Below the pieces are notes generated by a model, which was not told the DNA's origin, did not search any database, and saw nothing but the letters and a program-made list of their open reading frames with translations. Positions 36,007-49,128 of a stretch of DNA of 64,000 bases are shown here, piece after piece; the first letter of the stretch is position 1, and each line of letters starts with the position of its first letter. The position numbers and the translations under genes were made by a program. This DNA comes from an uncultured Phycisphaerales bacterium (GTDB taxonomy: Bacteria; Planctomycetota; Phycisphaerae; Phycisphaerales; SM1A02): contig CALKEP010000009.1 of NCBI GenBank assembly GCA_938084645.1, positions 29,457 through 93,456 on the forward strand. Reading direction: 5' to 3'.

Positions 36007-37860
36007 TCACTCGTCCTCGCCGTTGAGGAAGTTCGAGAGTCGCTGTCGACGGATCGGATGCTGGAGCTTCCGGATCGCCTTGCTCTCGACCTGTCGCACG
36101 CGTTCGCGGGTGACCTTGAAGATCCGGCCGACCTCCTCGAGGGTGTAGGTGTAGCCGTCGCCGATCCCGTAGCGGAGCTTGAGGATCTCGCGTTCGCGAT
36201 AGGTCAGCGTCCGAAGCACGTCGTTGATCCGCTGTCGCAGCATGTCGCTGGTGGCGGAATCGGACGGCGACTCCTGGCGCTCGTCCTCGATGAAGTCGCC
36301 GAAGTGGGAGTCCTCGCTCTCGCCGACCGGACGGTCGAGGCTGATGGGATGACGCGAGATCTTCATGACCCGCCGGGTCTCCTCGATCGGCATCTTCGCC
36401 TTCATCGCGATCTCCTCGACGGTGGGCTCCCGGCCGAGTTCCTGCAGGAGGACCTTCTGGATGTTCCGCAGCTTCGACATGGTCTCGATCATGTGGACCG
36501 GGACGCGGATGGTGCGGGCGTGATCGGCGATGGCCCGGGTGATGGCCTGTCGGATCCACCAGGTGGCATAGGTCGAGAACTTGTAGCCACGCTTGTACTC
36601 GTACTTGTCGACCGCCCGCATCAGGCCGGTGTTGCCTTCCTGGATGATGTCGAGGAAGGGCAGTCCGCGATTGCGGTACTTCTTGGCGATCGAGACCACC
36701 AGTCGGAGGTTTCCGCCGGAGAGATCACGCTTGGCCTGCTCGTATTCCTCGAAGACCTTCTCGATCTCCCGAACCCGCTCGGCGAGCTCGCCCGGTTCCT
36801 CGAGCACGAGGCTTCGCAGTCCCTCGCGTTCCTCCCGCATGACGAAGACGTCTTCGGGGTCGTAGCGGTCGGGGTGCTTCTCGGCCTTCTCGATCCGCCG
36901 AGCCAGGTCCTTGAGCTTCTTGTTCACCGCCTGGAGCTTCCGCATCAGCGGCTGGATCCGTCCGGTGCGAAGGCAGCATTCCTCGAGGAGCGTCGCGATC
37001 CGGCGACGGCGCTCCTGCATCTCCGCCCGGAGCGACACGCGTCGGGCGTCGGTGCAGGTGTCCTGCTCGAGCTGCTCCCATCCGGTCTCGTTCAGGTCGA
37101 TGAGTCGTCGAACGGTCGAGGAGTTGTAGGGGATCCGGCTGGCCACCTTCTCCTTGGCGTTGTCCTCGGCGGTGGAGATCCGCATGGTCCGGTCGAAGGG
37201 AAGCTGGCCATCGTGGACCTGCTGGAGCGTCTCGATCGCCTGCCGCGCCGCGTAGTCGCTCTCGAGCGTGAGGCGTCGGAAGAACATCCGGGTCGTCTCG
37301 ATCTTCTTGGCGAGCCTGATCTCCTGCTCCCGCGTGAGCAACGGAATGGTGCCCATCTGGGTCAGGTACATGCGGATCGGATCGTCGATCCGCTTCGATC
37401 CCTGTTCGGCGATCGCCTGCTCGACCGCGGCCTGGGTCTCGGCGTCGTCGAGGATCTCGGGCTCACCGGCTTCCGCGGCCTTGGCGGCCGGCGTCGCGGA
37501 TTCGCCGAGCTCCGAGCCGTCGTCGATGTGGACGGCGTTGGGCGTGTTCTCGCCGTCCTCGTCCATCATCTGGACCTTCGGGGTCCGGGTCGCCTTGCGG
37601 GCGTTGTCACGCTGGAACTTCAGGTCGGTCTGGAGCGCCGCGTCGATCTGGTCGAGGCCGCGTCGCCGCCGCTCGATCTCGTCGATGAGTTCGATGCCCT
37701 CGAGCCGCACCAGGGTCACGAAGGCGTCGACCGCGTCCGGATCGACGTAGCAGTCGGGAAGGCAGGTGTTGACCTCCTCGTAGCAGATCCAGCCGCGCTT
37801 GCGGCCGGCCTCGACGAGCTCGGTGAGGACGGGATGGGGGGTCAGTTGCAGTGGCAGCAA
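36007..37860 (-). CDS. rpoD: RNA polymerase primary sigma factor RpoD
   Basis: DDPIRMYLTQMG, NLRLVVSIAKKY, DIIQEGNTGLMRAVDKYEY..GYKFSTYATWWIRQAI, TLEEVG..FKVTRERVRQ. Confidence 0.97.
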   Translation of the reverse strand: MLPLQLTPHPVLTELVEAGRKRGWICYEEVNTCLPDCYVDPDAVDAFVTLVRLEGIELIDEIERRRRGLDQIDAALQTDLKFQRDNARKATRTPKVQMMDEDGENTPNAVHIDDGSELGESATPAAKAAEAGEPEILDDAETQAAVEQAIAEQGSKRIDDPIRMYLTQMGTIPLLTREQEIRLAKKIETTRMFFRRLTLESDYAARQAIETLQQVHDGQLPFDRTMRISTAEDNAKEKVASRIPYNSSTVRRLIDLNETGWEQLEQDTCTDARRVSLRAEMQERRRRIATLLEECCLRTGRIQPLMRKLQAVNKKLKDLARRIEKAEKHPDRYDPEDVFVMREEREGLRSLVLEEPGELAERVREIEKVFEEYEQAKRDLSGGNLRLVVSIAKKYRNRGLPFLDIIQEGNTGLMRAVDKYEYKRGYKFSTYATWWIRQAITRAIADHARTIRVPVHMIETMSKLRNIQKVLLQELGREPTVEEIAMKAKMPIEETRRVMKISRHPISLDRPVGESEDSHFGDFIEDERQESPSDSATSDMLRQRINDVLRTLTYREREILKLRYGIGDGYTYTLEEVGRIFKVTRERVRQVESKAIRKLQHPIRRQRLSNFLNGEDE

Positions 37861-37888
37861 GGTGGTCTCCAGAAAACGCCTGACGGTG

Positions 37889-39871
37889 TCACTCGCAGGA
37901 ATCGACGTCGATCGACGTCGGGAACGAGGGTTCCTCGGGGAACCCCTCGAAGGTCGTGATGCCGCCGACGCGTCCGGAGCGTCGGCGGCCGATGGCCGCG
38001 GGGTCGGAACCCGCGGCGCGAAGCTTGTTGATGGCGGCGACGGCGTCGTCGGCCGAATCGACCCGTCGCGAGGCGAGGTCCGCCCGATCGGCGAGATTCT
38101 CGTCGCGACGGATGGCGATCTCGAGATCCTCGACGGCCTGTCGGAGAAGCGCCTCCGCGTCCACGTCGGGGGTCGAGAGTTCGCGGAGTCCCTCGACGAA
38201 GAGCGCCGAGACGATCCGTCCGGTCCCTTCGTCCTCGATCGCGGCGATCAGATCGGGACCGTCGGGGATGGTCCCGCCCGCGGCCTTGGACTCGATGAGC
38301 TGCCAGGTGGTGCGACACGGCGGGTCGTCGAAGCGGCCGTGATCGAATCGATCGAGCAGGGTCGCGGATGTCTCCGACTCGGCGAACCGCCGGGTGAGCA
38401 GCGAGGTGTCGGCGAGGGCGAGCCGCAGGACGCATTCCTCGGCCCGGCGGCGTCCGCCTGCGGCACGGACCATCACGGCCGGTTCGAGTTCGGTCGTCGG
38501 TGCGAGCGTCTCGGTGACTCGCGGGGCCCGTCGTCGCCCAACCTGTTCGAGCATCGAGGTCGTGACGCCGAGGATGCTCGCGATCTGGTCGAGGATGAAG
38601 TTCCTCCGCACGCCCGCCACGCCGTCGAGCCCGAGGCCGTCGAGGCGGTTGATGGCTTCGTCCACGATCCGCTGGCGACCGCTCACGCCGCCGGCCTGAT
38701 CGAGCGAGCGTCGGAAGTCCGAGAGCAGGGCGACGGTCGCGTCGACCGCGCCGTCGAGCGCGCGGGTGAAGAGCTCGTGGCCGTTCTCCCGTCCGAGGAG
38801 TTCATCGGGGTCGGCGCCGTCGGGAAGGGTGCAGAGCTTCACGTCCACGGTCGAGGCGAAGAACACCTCGACGGCGCGATCCGCGGCCCGCTGGCCGGCG
38901 AGATCTCCGTCGAAGAGCAGGATGACGGTGTCGCAGAACCGTCCGAGCCGATCCGCGTGATGTCGGGTCAGGGCGGTGCCGAGGGTGGCGACCGCGTTCT
39001 CGAATCCCGCCGCGTGGAGCGCGATCACGTCGGTGTAGCCTTCGCAGATGATCGCGGTTCGCCGCTTGGCGATCGCCTTCGCCGCGAGATCGAGGCCGTA
39101 GAGCGTCGATCCCTTGTGGAAGACATCGCTCTCCGGGCTGTTGAGATACTTCGGCTCGTCCTCCGGGTCGATCTTCCGGGCTCCGAAGGCGACCGGGCGT
39201 CCGAGCTCGTCCCGGATCGGGAAGATCAGGCGATTGCGGAAGGTGTCGATCAGGGTTCCGCGTCGGGAGTTTCGCACCAGGCCCGCCGCCTCGAAGATGG
39301 GCAGCTCCGGAACGGCGTCGCCGTCGACCGCGACGTCCTCCCGAAGGAAGCGGTCGACGCGATCCGCGAGGTCGCTCCAGGCGTCGGGCGCGATGCCGAT
39401 CCCGAATCGTTCGGCGATCTCGTCCGAGATGCCCCGGCTCTTCAGGAGTTCCCGTCCGATCTCCGCCGACGGTCCGTCCTCGACGATCAACCGGCGATAG
39501 AAGCGGGCGGCGAGCGCGTTCGCGCGGAGGAGTCCGGTGCGACGGTTCGCGGCGCCGCGATCGTCTCCACCACGTCGGGTGAGTTCGATGCCGGCGCGGT
39601 TCGCGAGCGTCTCGAGCGCCTCGAGGAACTCCATGCGATGGAGGTTGACGAGAAAGTCGATCGCGTTGCCATGGGCGCCGCAGGCGAAGCAGTGATAGAA
39701 GCCCTTCCGGGGCACGACGTACATCGAGGGCTTCGAGTCCTCGTGGAACGGGCACAGCCCCACGAACTCGTCACCCTTGGGGTCGAGTCGTACCTGCTCC
39801 GACACCAGCGCCACGATGTCCGTGGCATCGAGGATGCGGTCTCGGTCGTTGGATCCGGAGTGGGCGGACAC
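37889..39871 (-). CDS. dnaG: DNA primase
   Basis: Zn finger GLCPFHEDSKPS...HCFACG, FRNRLIFPI, KYLNSPES, CEGYTDVIA, TOPRIM FDGDLAG, DPDEL; GTG start estimated. Confidence 0.96.
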   Translation of the reverse strand: MSAHSGSNDRDRILDATDIVALVSEQVRLDPKGDEFVGLCPFHEDSKPSMYVVPRKGFYHCFACGAHGNAIDFLVNLHRMEFLEALETLANRAGIELTRRGGDDRGAANRRTGLLRANALAARFYRRLIVEDGPSAEIGRELLKSRGISDEIAERFGIGIAPDAWSDLADRVDRFLREDVAVDGDAVPELPIFEAAGLVRNSRRGTLIDTFRNRLIFPIRDELGRPVAFGARKIDPEDEPKYLNSPESDVFHKGSTLYGLDLAAKAIAKRRTAIICEGYTDVIALHAAGFENAVATLGTALTRHHADRLGRFCDTVILLFDGDLAGQRAADRAVEVFFASTVDVKLCTLPDGADPDELLGRENGHELFTRALDGAVDATVALLSDFRRSLDQAGGVSGRQRIVDEAINRLDGLGLDGVAGVRRNFILDQIASILGVTTSMLEQVGRRRAPRVTETLAPTTELEPAVMVRAAGGRRRAEECVLRLALADTSLLTRRFAESETSATLLDRFDHGRFDDPPCRTTWQLIESKAAGGTIPDGPDLIAAIEDEGTGRIVSALFVEGLRELSTPDVDAEALLRQAVEDLEIAIRRDENLADRADLASRRVDSADDAVAAINKLRAAGSDPAAIGRRRSGRVGGITTFEGFPEEPSFPTSIDVDSCE

Positions 39872-40326
39872 GTGAGGAGGAGATCCGGGAGAAGAGAGGT
39901 GGTGGAGGCCACCGGGGAGGGAGGAGGACGGCGAACGACGACAGGCCACGAAGACGTCACCCCGCGTGTGGCGGGAGGAAACGAGATCGACGTGCAAACG
40001 AAAAGGCTTCGAGATCCTCAACGGATCGACGGCCGGCACGAATGACGTGGTTCGGGGTGTCCGAACGCGTCGGCTGGAATGTCGGAACGGTGCGGACGCG
40101 GCCCGGGTCGACGATCAGTCCACAGTGTGGTGCGGGGACCTGATTCGTCGGGCGATCGGGACACGGTTCGAGGAAGGAGGTGGATTTCGGCCAGCCCGAG
40201 GGAATTGGGCAGGTGACCGCAGGGGTCCTTCGACGGACGTGGAAGAATAGCCGCCTGGCGGCTGGAATCAAGCGGAACGGGATCCCGATTGCTCAGAATC
40301 CGGGTTCTCGGGGGTTTTTCGGCGGA

Positions 40327-40605
40327 TCAGGCTTCGGCGGCGGCCTTCTGCTCGCGGGTGTACGTGTACTTCCGCTTGGCCGGCTTCACGACCATCCCCA
40401 TTCGAATGGCCTTCGTGGACGCGAGCACCCGGGCCGGGGCTCCATCAATGACGCATCGGACCTTCTGGAGGTTCGGCTTGAACGTTCGCTTGGTCTTGGA
40501 GGTGATCTTGATACCGACGCCGCCGAGGTACTTGGCGCGACCACGGTAGGTCTTCTTGTGTCCGGAACTGGTTCCGGTTCCGAGGAAGTGGCATCGGCGG
40601 GGCAT
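40327..40605 (-). CDS. rpmB: 50S ribosomal protein L28
   Basis: MPRRC...GRAKYLGGVGIKITSKTKRTFKPNLQ...ASTKAIR; GGAG RBS; TATACT at 40633-40638. Confidence 0.93.
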   Translation of the reverse strand: MPRRCHFLGTGTSSGHKKTYRGRAKYLGGVGIKITSKTKRTFKPNLQKVRCVIDGAPARVLASTKAIRMGMVVKPAKRKYTYTREQKAAAEA

Positions 40606-40692
40606 CTGGGACTCCAAAGTGAAGGACCGAGGAGTATAGCGATTTCGGGGCCGTCGACAACCATCGAGGACGCCACTTCCGGGTCGGGGGGC

Positions 40693-41207
40693 TCAATCCT
40701 CGGCGGGGACCGAGCGGAGGGGGGGGCCGATCTCGATCGGGTGGAAGCCCGCGAGATCGAGGATGGCCCGAAGTCGGCGATCGTCGACGTCCGAGAACGC
40801 GTCGAGGTCGAAACTGTCGAGATCGAGCACGCGATCGGCGACCTCGGCGTCCGGTGCGTTCGGGCCGAGCGGGATCACGATTTCGGCGCGGTCCCTGGGG
40901 TCGCAGGCGACGTAGTCCTCACCGAGTTCCGCCACGTCACGGACGATCCGGGTCCGGCGGTGCCGAAGGGCCTGGCCGCAGACTCCGTGAAGTCCGATGG
41001 GCGAACAGGCGGGTCGGTCCCGACACTGCTCGAGCAGGAGCTGGTCCGAATCGGCGTCGCGACGGTAGAAGCCGATCCAGCTCACGCCGACCGGTGAGAG
41101 CGCCTCCCACGCGAGATCGATGAATGCCCCGGCATCGACGGGACCGTCATGCTTCAGGCGGGTTTCGATCGAGCGGTAGGCCGCGGTCCGGTCGGGCGTT
41201 CCCGAAG

Positions 41208-41211
<4 letters not shown>
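40693..41211 (-). CDS. GAF-domain protein (free methionine-R-sulfoxide reductase-like)
   Basis: [40 protein letters not shown]...FSDVD. Confidence 0.8.
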
Positions 41212-42635
<1,424 letters not shown>

Positions 42636-42825
42636 GCGTGGTCCTGCGGGAAAAGGCGTGAAGATCGCCGATGACGACCTTGGAAAGTGTATCGGGGAGG
42701 GATGCCTCGCGCTTCAATCGTTCCGACTTCGAGACCGGAAGGGATGCGGTCTGTATCACGCCGGCGTCGAGGTACGCCCGAAAACCCGGATCTCCGCCGT
42801 GAGGCGTTCCGGGAGCCGCGATGGA

Positions 42826-43203
42826 TCAGGCGTCGGACTCGCGTTCGGTGGAGTCGGCCGGTCGCCGCACGGGGGGGATCGGCGTGACCCGGCCGGGCGA
42901 GCCCTGTCGCGCCGTCGGTTCGTCCGCGTTCGATGGCGTCATCGGCCTCATGGCCTCGAGCATCCGTGACTTCGCGGCCGTGAATTCCTCCTCCGACATC
43001 TCGCCGGCGTCCCGCATCCGTCGGAGATCCGCCAGGGTGAAACCGGCGGGCTCGCCCTCCCGGATCGTCGCGAACCGGCGGCGGAGAAACAGCGCCAGCC
43101 CACCCCCCAGCAGGATGATCACGACCAGCAGGCCGAGCCAGGGAAGGATGTCCGCGAACAGCCGGTCCGCGCCCTGCGTCGACTGGGCGAAGAGGGCGGT
43201 CAC
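42826..43203 (-). CDS. Small membrane protein with SHOCT-like domain
   Basis: One TM helix, then FTLADLRRMRDAGEMSEEEFTAAK; GTGA overlap with tig. Confidence 0.7.
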   Translation of the reverse strand: MTALFAQSTQGADRLFADILPWLGLLVVIILLGGGLALFLRRRFATIREGEPAGFTLADLRRMRDAGEMSEEEFTAAKSRMLEAMRPMTPSNADEPTARQGSPGRVTPIPPVRRPADSTERESDA

Positions 43204-44621
43204 GACTTCTCGGCGGCCGCCTTGCGTTCCGCGACCTTCGCATCGACGACCTTGTTCCAGTCGTCCGCGGGCATCTCGGTGACCTTGGCGGTGTCGACGA
43301 TCCGGTCCGCGGCCTTCGCGTGCTGGATCGACATGCCGATGTCACGCAGTCGACCGGAGCGGGCGAGCTCGGCGCGAACCTCTTCCGGGCGGGCGCCACG
43401 CGATGCGGCGAGCTCGGCGATCCGGGCGTTGAGTTCCTCTTCCTTGACCTCGATCGAGAACTCGTTGGCGAGGCGCGACATGATGAACATCAGCCGCAGG
43501 CGGTCTCGCGAGGACTTCTCGCTCTCGCCACGGATCTCGGCGAGATGCTTCTCGATCGTCTCTTCGTCGAGGCCGCGGTGGGCCATCTCCATCCGCTGCT
43601 GCTCGATCATGCCGGCGGCCTGGGCTTCGCTGATCTTCGGCGGAAGTTCGAACTCGATGTTCTCGAGGAGCCACTCGTAGACCTGCTCGCGCTCGGCGTT
43701 CCGCTGTTCGGAGTCGCGGCGGGTCTCGAGGGACATCCGCATCTGCTCCCGAAGGCCGCTCTCGTCGTCGAGGCCGAACTGCTCGACCATCTCCGAAACC
43801 TCGAGCGGGGCGACGCGCTCGGCGTCGCGGATCTCATAGCGGACCGCGAGCTTCTTGCCGCGGATCTCCTCGCGCTCGTGCATGTCGGGCCCGAGCGTCT
43901 CGAACTCGACCACGTCGCCGACCTTCTTGCCGCCGAGGTGATCGGCGAGGTCGTCGACCATCAGCCCGAGGAACTGGCCCTTGCCCTCGTCCTCCACCGC
44001 GGGGACGACGCCGACGGCCTGGTCGTTCTCGAAGAAGGGCTCTTCCATCCCGTCGAGCATGATGCGCACCGAACCGACCATTCGGTCGAGGGGTTCGAAG
44101 GGGCCTTCGATCCGGGCCGGAGTGCCGAAGCGATATCGCGTGCGGAGGACCTCGGCGTCGATGTGTTCGTCGGTGACCTCCATGATCGGCTTGGTGACCG
44201 GGACGCCCTCGAGTTCGGGGAGTTCGAAGTCCGGGACGACCTCGATGGTGACGGTGAACGCGTAGTCGCTGCCGGACTCGAGTTCGGCGAGGTTCTCGAG
44301 GTCGCCGAAATCGGGCTCTCCGATGACCTGGAGTTCGGCGTCCGTCACGGCCTTCTCGTAGCTCGAGGAGATCAGCTGGCCGCGGGTCTCCTGGCGGACG
44401 TTGGCGCCGAAGCGACGTTCGAGCAGGGCTCGGGGGACGCGGCCCTTCCGGAAGCCGGGAAGCGCCGCTTCCGCGACGAGGGTGCCGAGCTGCATCTCGA
44501 GTCGCTCTTCGACCACCGAAGCGGGGATCGTGATGGAGAGCGAACGGGTGCAGGGGCCGGTCTCGGTGATGTCGACCTTGGAGTCGATGGTGTCACCGCC
44601 GTCGAGCGAGAAGTCTTCCAT
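43200..44621 (-). CDS. tig: Trigger factor
   Basis: Ribosome-binding signature LPGFRKGRVP, TIEVVPDFELP, FKBP-like and C-terminal helical domains. Confidence 0.93.
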   Translation of the reverse strand: MEDFSLDGGDTIDSKVDITETGPCTRSLSITIPASVVEERLEMQLGTLVAEAALPGFRKGRVPRALLERRFGANVRQETRGQLISSSYEKAVTDAELQVIGEPDFGDLENLAELESGSDYAFTVTIEVVPDFELPELEGVPVTKPIMEVTDEHIDAEVLRTRYRFGTPARIEGPFEPLDRMVGSVRIMLDGMEEPFFENDQAVGVVPAVEDEGKGQFLGLMVDDLADHLGGKKVGDVVEFETLGPDMHEREEIRGKKLAVRYEIRDAERVAPLEVSEMVEQFGLDDESGLREQMRMSLETRRDSEQRNAEREQVYEWLLENIEFELPPKISEAQAAGMIEQQRMEMAHRGLDEETIEKHLAEIRGESEKSSRDRLRLMFIMSRLANEFSIEVKEEELNARIAELAASRGARPEEVRAELARSGRLRDIGMSIQHAKAADRIVDTAKVTEMPADDWNKVVDAKVAERKAAAEKS

Positions 44622-44797
44622 GGGCGTCGGGATCCGGAGTCGTGGGACGGCCTGCAGGCCGATTGAGGGGAAACCTCGGAAGATACCCGCCCCCGGACCC
44701 TGCGGCCAGTCCTCAAAGGTGAGAAACGCCCCGCGACGGGGTGTCGCGGGGCGTCGGGTGCACATGAAGGGTCGATCGGGCGATCGGATTCGTCGGG

Positions 44798-46936
44798 TCA
44801 GCGGCCGACCAGAAGCATCTCCGCGTACGTGGGCAACGGCCAGAGCTCGGTGGGAATCCTCGCTTCCAGTGCGTCGCTGGCCGCGCGGGCCCGCTCCATG
44901 GCGGGCACGAGGGTGGTCCGGAGTTGCTTGGCGTGCTTCTCGGGGTCCTTGCCGGGGGTGCCGAGGCTGGCATCGATCTCGTCGACGGAGGCTCGAAGTT
45001 CGGAGACGTACGACACCAGAAGCCGGAGTTCGGCTTCGGAGTCGGGGCATTCCACGCCCGCCACCTGAGTTGCCCCGACCACGTCGGCGAGCTCGGCCTG
45101 GGTTCGAAGGGCTGCGGGGAGCACCTCGGTCCGGATCAGCGAGGACATCGTCCGCCCCTCGATCTCGAGCTTGGTCGCGTACTGCTCGAGGAGGATGTCG
45201 GCCCGGGCCTTCAGCTCGCGGCCGGACAGCACGCCGTACTTCGAGAAGAGGGAGGTCGCCTGCCGGCTCTTGAACGCGGGGAGCGCATGGGCCGAGTCAC
45301 GCACGTTCGGCAGTCCGCGGCGTTCGGCCTCGGCGGTCCATTCATCGCCGTAGCCGTCCCCGTCGAAGCACACGCGTCGATGCTCCTTGACGACTTCCTT
45401 GAGGAGGGCGCGGGTGGCGGTCTCCAGCTTGGCCGCGGTCGGCTTCTTCCCCGCTCGCTTCTCCAGCTGAGCGGCCATGTAGTCGAGGCTCTCCGCGATC
45501 ATGGTGTTGAGGACCGTGGTGGGCCAGGCGACGCTGGCGGTCGAGCCGACGGCCCGGAACTCGAACTTGTTCCCGGTGAAGGCGAACGGACTCGTCCGGT
45601 TGCGGTCGCCGCTGTGGCGGGGGATCTGCGGCAGGCTGAGCGCATTCAGGTCGAGTGTCCCGCCCCTCATCGTCTTTCGCGGCTTTCCGGCTTCGAGCTG
45701 GTCGAGGATGTCGGTCAGCATCTCGCCGAGGAAGATCGACATGATCGCGGGCGGGGCCTCGTTCGCCCCCAGGCGGTGATCGTTGCCGGCGGATGCGATC
45801 GACGCCCGAAGCAGGTCGGCGTGCTTGTCGGCGGCTCGGATCACCGCGCAGAGGAACACCAGGAACTGCATGTTGGTGTGCGTCTCGTCCTGCGGATCGA
45901 GGAGGTTGACGCCGGCGTCGGTCGAGAGCGACCAGTTGATGTGCTTGCCCGAGCCGTTGATTCCGGCGAAGGGCTTCTCGTGGATCAGGCACTCGAATCC
46001 ATGCTTGCGGGCGACATCCTTCAGGATGTGCATCAGCAGCATCTGGTGATCGACCGCCACGTTGGTCGTCTCGAAGGTCGGGGCGACCTCGTACTGGCCG
46101 GGGGCGACTTCGTTGTGTCGCGTCTTCACCGGAACGCCCAGTTCGAAGAGTCGCGATTCGGCTTCGGTCATGAAGGAGAGGACGCGGGCCGGGATGGCGC
46201 CGAAGTAGTGGTCGTCGAGCTGGTGGCCCTTCGGAGCGCTCGCACCGAGCAGCGTTCGGCCGCACGCCACGAGGTCGAGTCGATCCCGGAAGAGCTCCTG
46301 GTCGACCAGGAAGTACTCCTGTTCGCAGCCGAGGGTGCCCACGACCTGATTGACGCCCTCGTGGGTGCCGAAGAGGCGGAGGATGCGGCCCGCCTGCTTG
46401 GCGACGGCTTCGACGGATCGGATCAGCGGCGTCTTCATGTCCAGCGCCTCGCCCGTGTAGCTCACGAACGCGGTCGGGATGCAGAGGGTGGTGACGCCCT
46501 CCGTCGTGGACAGCAGGAACGCGGGACTGTTTCCATCCCAGGCGGTGTAGCCGCGGGCCTCGTAGGTGTCGCGGATTCCGCCGGAGGGGAACGAACTCGC
46601 GTCTGGTTCGCCGAGGATCAGCGCGTTCCCGGAGAACTTCTCGATCGCCACGCCATCGGCGTTCACCGAGAGGAAGGCGTCGTGCTTCTCGGCGGTCGAT
46701 CCGGTCAACGGGTGGAACCAATGGCAGAAGTGGGTCGCGCCGTGCTCGATCGCCCAGTCCTTCATCGCGGCGGCGACGGTGTTGGCCACCTTCGGGTCGA
46801 GCGGGCTGCCTCGACCGATGGTGTTGGAGAGACTCATGGCCACATCGGGCGGGAGGCGCTTGAGCATCACGTCGCCACTGAAGGTGAGTCGGCCGAAGTA
46901 CTCGCTGGCCGGGGGATTGCTCTCGGTGACCTCCAT
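44798..46936 (-). CDS. glnA: Glutamine synthetase type III
   Basis: [99 protein letters not shown] before the ATG at 46936. Confidence 0.95.
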   Translation of the reverse strand: MEVTESNPPASEYFGRLTFSGDVMLKRLPPDVAMSLSNTIGRGSPLDPKVANTVAAAMKDWAIEHGATHFCHWFHPLTGSTAEKHDAFLSVNADGVAIEKFSGNALILGEPDASSFPSGGIRDTYEARGYTAWDGNSPAFLLSTTEGVTTLCIPTAFVSYTGEALDMKTPLIRSVEAVAKQAGRILRLFGTHEGVNQVVGTLGCEQEYFLVDQELFRDRLDLVACGRTLLGASAPKGHQLDDHYFGAIPARVLSFMTEAESRLFELGVPVKTRHNEVAPGQYEVAPTFETTNVAVDHQMLLMHILKDVARKHGFECLIHEKPFAGINGSGKHINWSLSTDAGVNLLDPQDETHTNMQFLVFLCAVIRAADKHADLLRASIASAGNDHRLGANEAPPAIMSIFLGEMLTDILDQLEAGKPRKTMRGGTLDLNALSLPQIPRHSGDRNRTSPFAFTGNKFEFRAVGSTASVAWPTTVLNTMIAESLDYMAAQLEKRAGKKPTAAKLETATRALLKEVVKEHRRVCFDGDGYGDEWTAEAERRGLPNVRDSAHALPAFKSRQATSLFSKYGVLSGRELKARADILLEQYATKLEIEGRTMSSLIRTEVLPAALRTQAELADVVGATQVAGVECPDSEAELRLLVSYVSELRASVDEIDASLGTPGKDPEKHAKQLRTTLVPAMERARAASDALEARIPTELWPLPTYAEMLLVGR

Positions 46937-47385
46937 GGTTGCTCCTTCCTCAAGAATGAACGATTCGATGTTGCGGGGACTCGACATGGGCATTCCTTTG
47001 CCTAAGGGCCTGATGCTGTCTGGGTGCCTGATGCGTGGTTGAGTGGACGACGTGATTGAATCTGGTCTTCCCGTCCCGGGCCGAGCGCTTCGTCTCGTCT
47101 CGTCTCCTCATCTCGGATCGAGGGCGATCGCGAGGTCGAAGGATGACTGATCTGGATGTCGAACCGCGCAGTCCGGACGCGGGCTGGGCGGCCGGAATCA
47201 TCGGGCCCGGAGGCTCGTCGTGACCGGCACCCGAGTATGGGTGGAGGCGCGGTTTTCGGCAATGCCGAAACCCGACGAAGCATCGGATTCGTAAGGGTTT
47301 TTTGTCGATCGCGAATCTCGTCGCCGTGTCGACGCCGTGCCGGATTCCGGGTTCTGGAATTCAAGATTCCGCGGCGTCGGCGAAG

Positions 47386-49128
47386 TCAGCGTGCGATGAC
47401 CCGTCGTCGCTTCGAGAGGTAGTCCCAGATCACGAAGCGATCGAGGTCTTCGCCACCCGTGAAGACCACGCGGCCCGCCGTCGATTCCGCGAGGCGGTGG
47501 GCGAAGCGGACGTCCTCCTCGTTCTGGCTCCAACTGGGCACGAGGAAGACGTTGAGCACGCCACCCTCCCGCCCGAGCAGGGCCGCTTCGCGCATGGTCG
47601 CCTTCTCGGTCCGCGGATCGGGTGGATAGAGGAGGAAGAGATCGTCGTCCTCGAAGTGGGCGGTCGGAAGCCCGTCCGTGATCAGGACGACCTGGCGATT
47701 CGGCGTGTCCGCGTTGGCGAGCAGCCGGCGGGCGAGTCGGAGGGCGTGCTGGATGTTCGTGAAGTGAGGGGGGAGATCCTGTTCGGTGATGTCGGGATCG
47801 GACATGTCCGCCCGAAGCCTGACCACGGGGTCGTTGATGGTCACCGGCTTGGGGAGCAGGTTCATGAGATCCCCTCTGGGCACCACGCGGGCGACGCTGT
47901 ACATCTCCATGAAGTGCAGGCGGTCGCCCGGATACTCGCGACGAACGAGGCCCTCGAGGGCCAGCGCCATCTTCTTGCAGGCCACGTACTGGCCGCCCCA
48001 GCGCATCGACCCGGACATGTCCATGATCACGACCGTCGCGCACTTGGTGGTGGCCCGGGTCCGGTGGACTTCGAGGTCCTCGCCGCGGAGCGCCGGACGG
48101 GTCGGATCGCCGCCGGTGGATGCCTCGCGGGCCACGCAATTGAGGATGGATGCGGGCAGATCGAGTCCGGCGAGGGCGTCGCCGAACTCCCAGGGGCGGG
48201 TCGAGGGGAGTTCGTGCACGCCTTCGTGGTGATCGACCGGGTCATGCCGTCCGTGACGACCGCCCTGCATCGAATCGAAGACCGAGGCGAGGAGGGCCTG
48301 CTGGTACTTGCGCATCGCCGAGGGACCGAGCGACCAGCCGTCCGCGTCCTGGACGAGTCCCTCCCGTTCCGCCGCCTGCCGGAGGAGTTCCTCGGCGCGG
48401 CGGCGGACTTCGGCGAAGTTCTCGAGATCCGCCTCCTCGACGAACTCCCGGAGCGCGTCAAGGTCGACGATGACGGGCTTGGCGTCGCGGAGGGCCCCCT
48501 TGAGCTGCTCGAGCAGACGATCGATCGCCTCGAGCTCCTCTCGGATCTCGAAGGCCTCCTCGATCGTGGGGACCCGTCGCCCGCGGAAGGGCCATCCGTC
48601 GCGAAGACCTTCGACCCGATCCTCGTCCGCCATGGCCTGCACGATCCCGGGAATCTTGCCGCGGGCGGGGGTGTCGCGTTCGAGGAGGTACCACAGTCGT
48701 TCGAGTCCGTGGATCTGCCGTTCCCGGATCTCCCGTGAGAGTCGGGCGCGAACGCCCTCGTCAAGGGTGTCGTCGGCGAGGACCGGGCGGGCGAGTTCGT
48801 CCACCCTCGCGGCGGCATCGGCGACGGTCGGGGACGGATTCCAGGTGGCGAGAATCTTGTCCTTGCGGGATTCGAGCCGGGCGAGAATCGCGTCGATCGA
48901 CGGCCCGAGTCCCGCGAGCGCCTCGGGCGGGAGGCGGATCGCCTCCGCGAGCTCCTCGGCGGTGAACCTTCGCCGGCCTCCGGATGCGATCATCTCGTCG
49001 CCGAGTCCGCGGAGGCCATCCGAGGGCGGGGCGGTCGGCGGGGGGAAGGTCGCGGGGTCGTAGCCTCGATACGTGTGGAACACGCCGCCCAGCGAGGGTC
49101 GCGGAGACGGGTCGGACGGGCCGCTCAT
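47386..49128 (-). CDS. von Willebrand factor A (VWA) domain protein
   Basis: [29 protein letters not shown]; overlaps the AAA ATPase gene. Confidence 0.88.
   Translation of the reverse strand: MSGPSDPSPRPSLGGVFHTYRGYDPATFPPPTAPPSDGLRGLGDEMIASGGRRRFTAEELAEAIRLPPEALAGLGPSIDAILARLESRKDKILATWNPSPTVADAAARVDELARPVLADDTLDEGVRARLSREIRERQIHGLERLWYLLERDTPARGKIPGIVQAMADEDRVEGLRDGWPFRGRRVPTIEEAFEIREELEAIDRLLEQLKGALRDAKPVIVDLDALREFVEEADLENFAEVRRRAEELLRQAAEREGLVQDADGWSLGPSAMRKYQQALLASVFDSMQGGRHGRHDPVDHHEGVHELPSTRPWEFGDALAGLDLPASILNCVAREASTGGDPTRPALRGEDLEVHRTRATTKCATVVIMDMSGSMRWGGQYVACKKMALALEGLVRREYPGDRLHFMEMYSVARVVPRGDLMNLLPKPVTINDPVVRLRADMSDPDITEQDLPPHFTNIQHALRLARRLLANADTPNRQVVLITDGLPTAHFEDDDLFLLYPPDPRTEKATMREAALLGREGGVLNVFLVPSWSQNEEDVRFAHRLAESTAGRVVFTGGEDLDRFVIWDYLSKRRRVIAR

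Noticed and set aside
39872..40326. Possible ncRNA or small ORF between rpmB and dnaG
   Set aside because: Purine/pyrimidine-skewed sequence but no recognisable RNA family, strong hairpin set or credible ORF
40327..40605. L28 lacking CxxC zinc motifs as a zinc-starvation paralogue
   Set aside because: Zn-free L28 is the sole form in many bacteria and there is no evidence here of a second copy or a Zur site
46988..47005. Sigma-54-like GG...GC element upstream of glnA (TAGGCAAAGGAATGC)
   Set aside because: GG-to-GC spacing is 9 nt rather than the required 10
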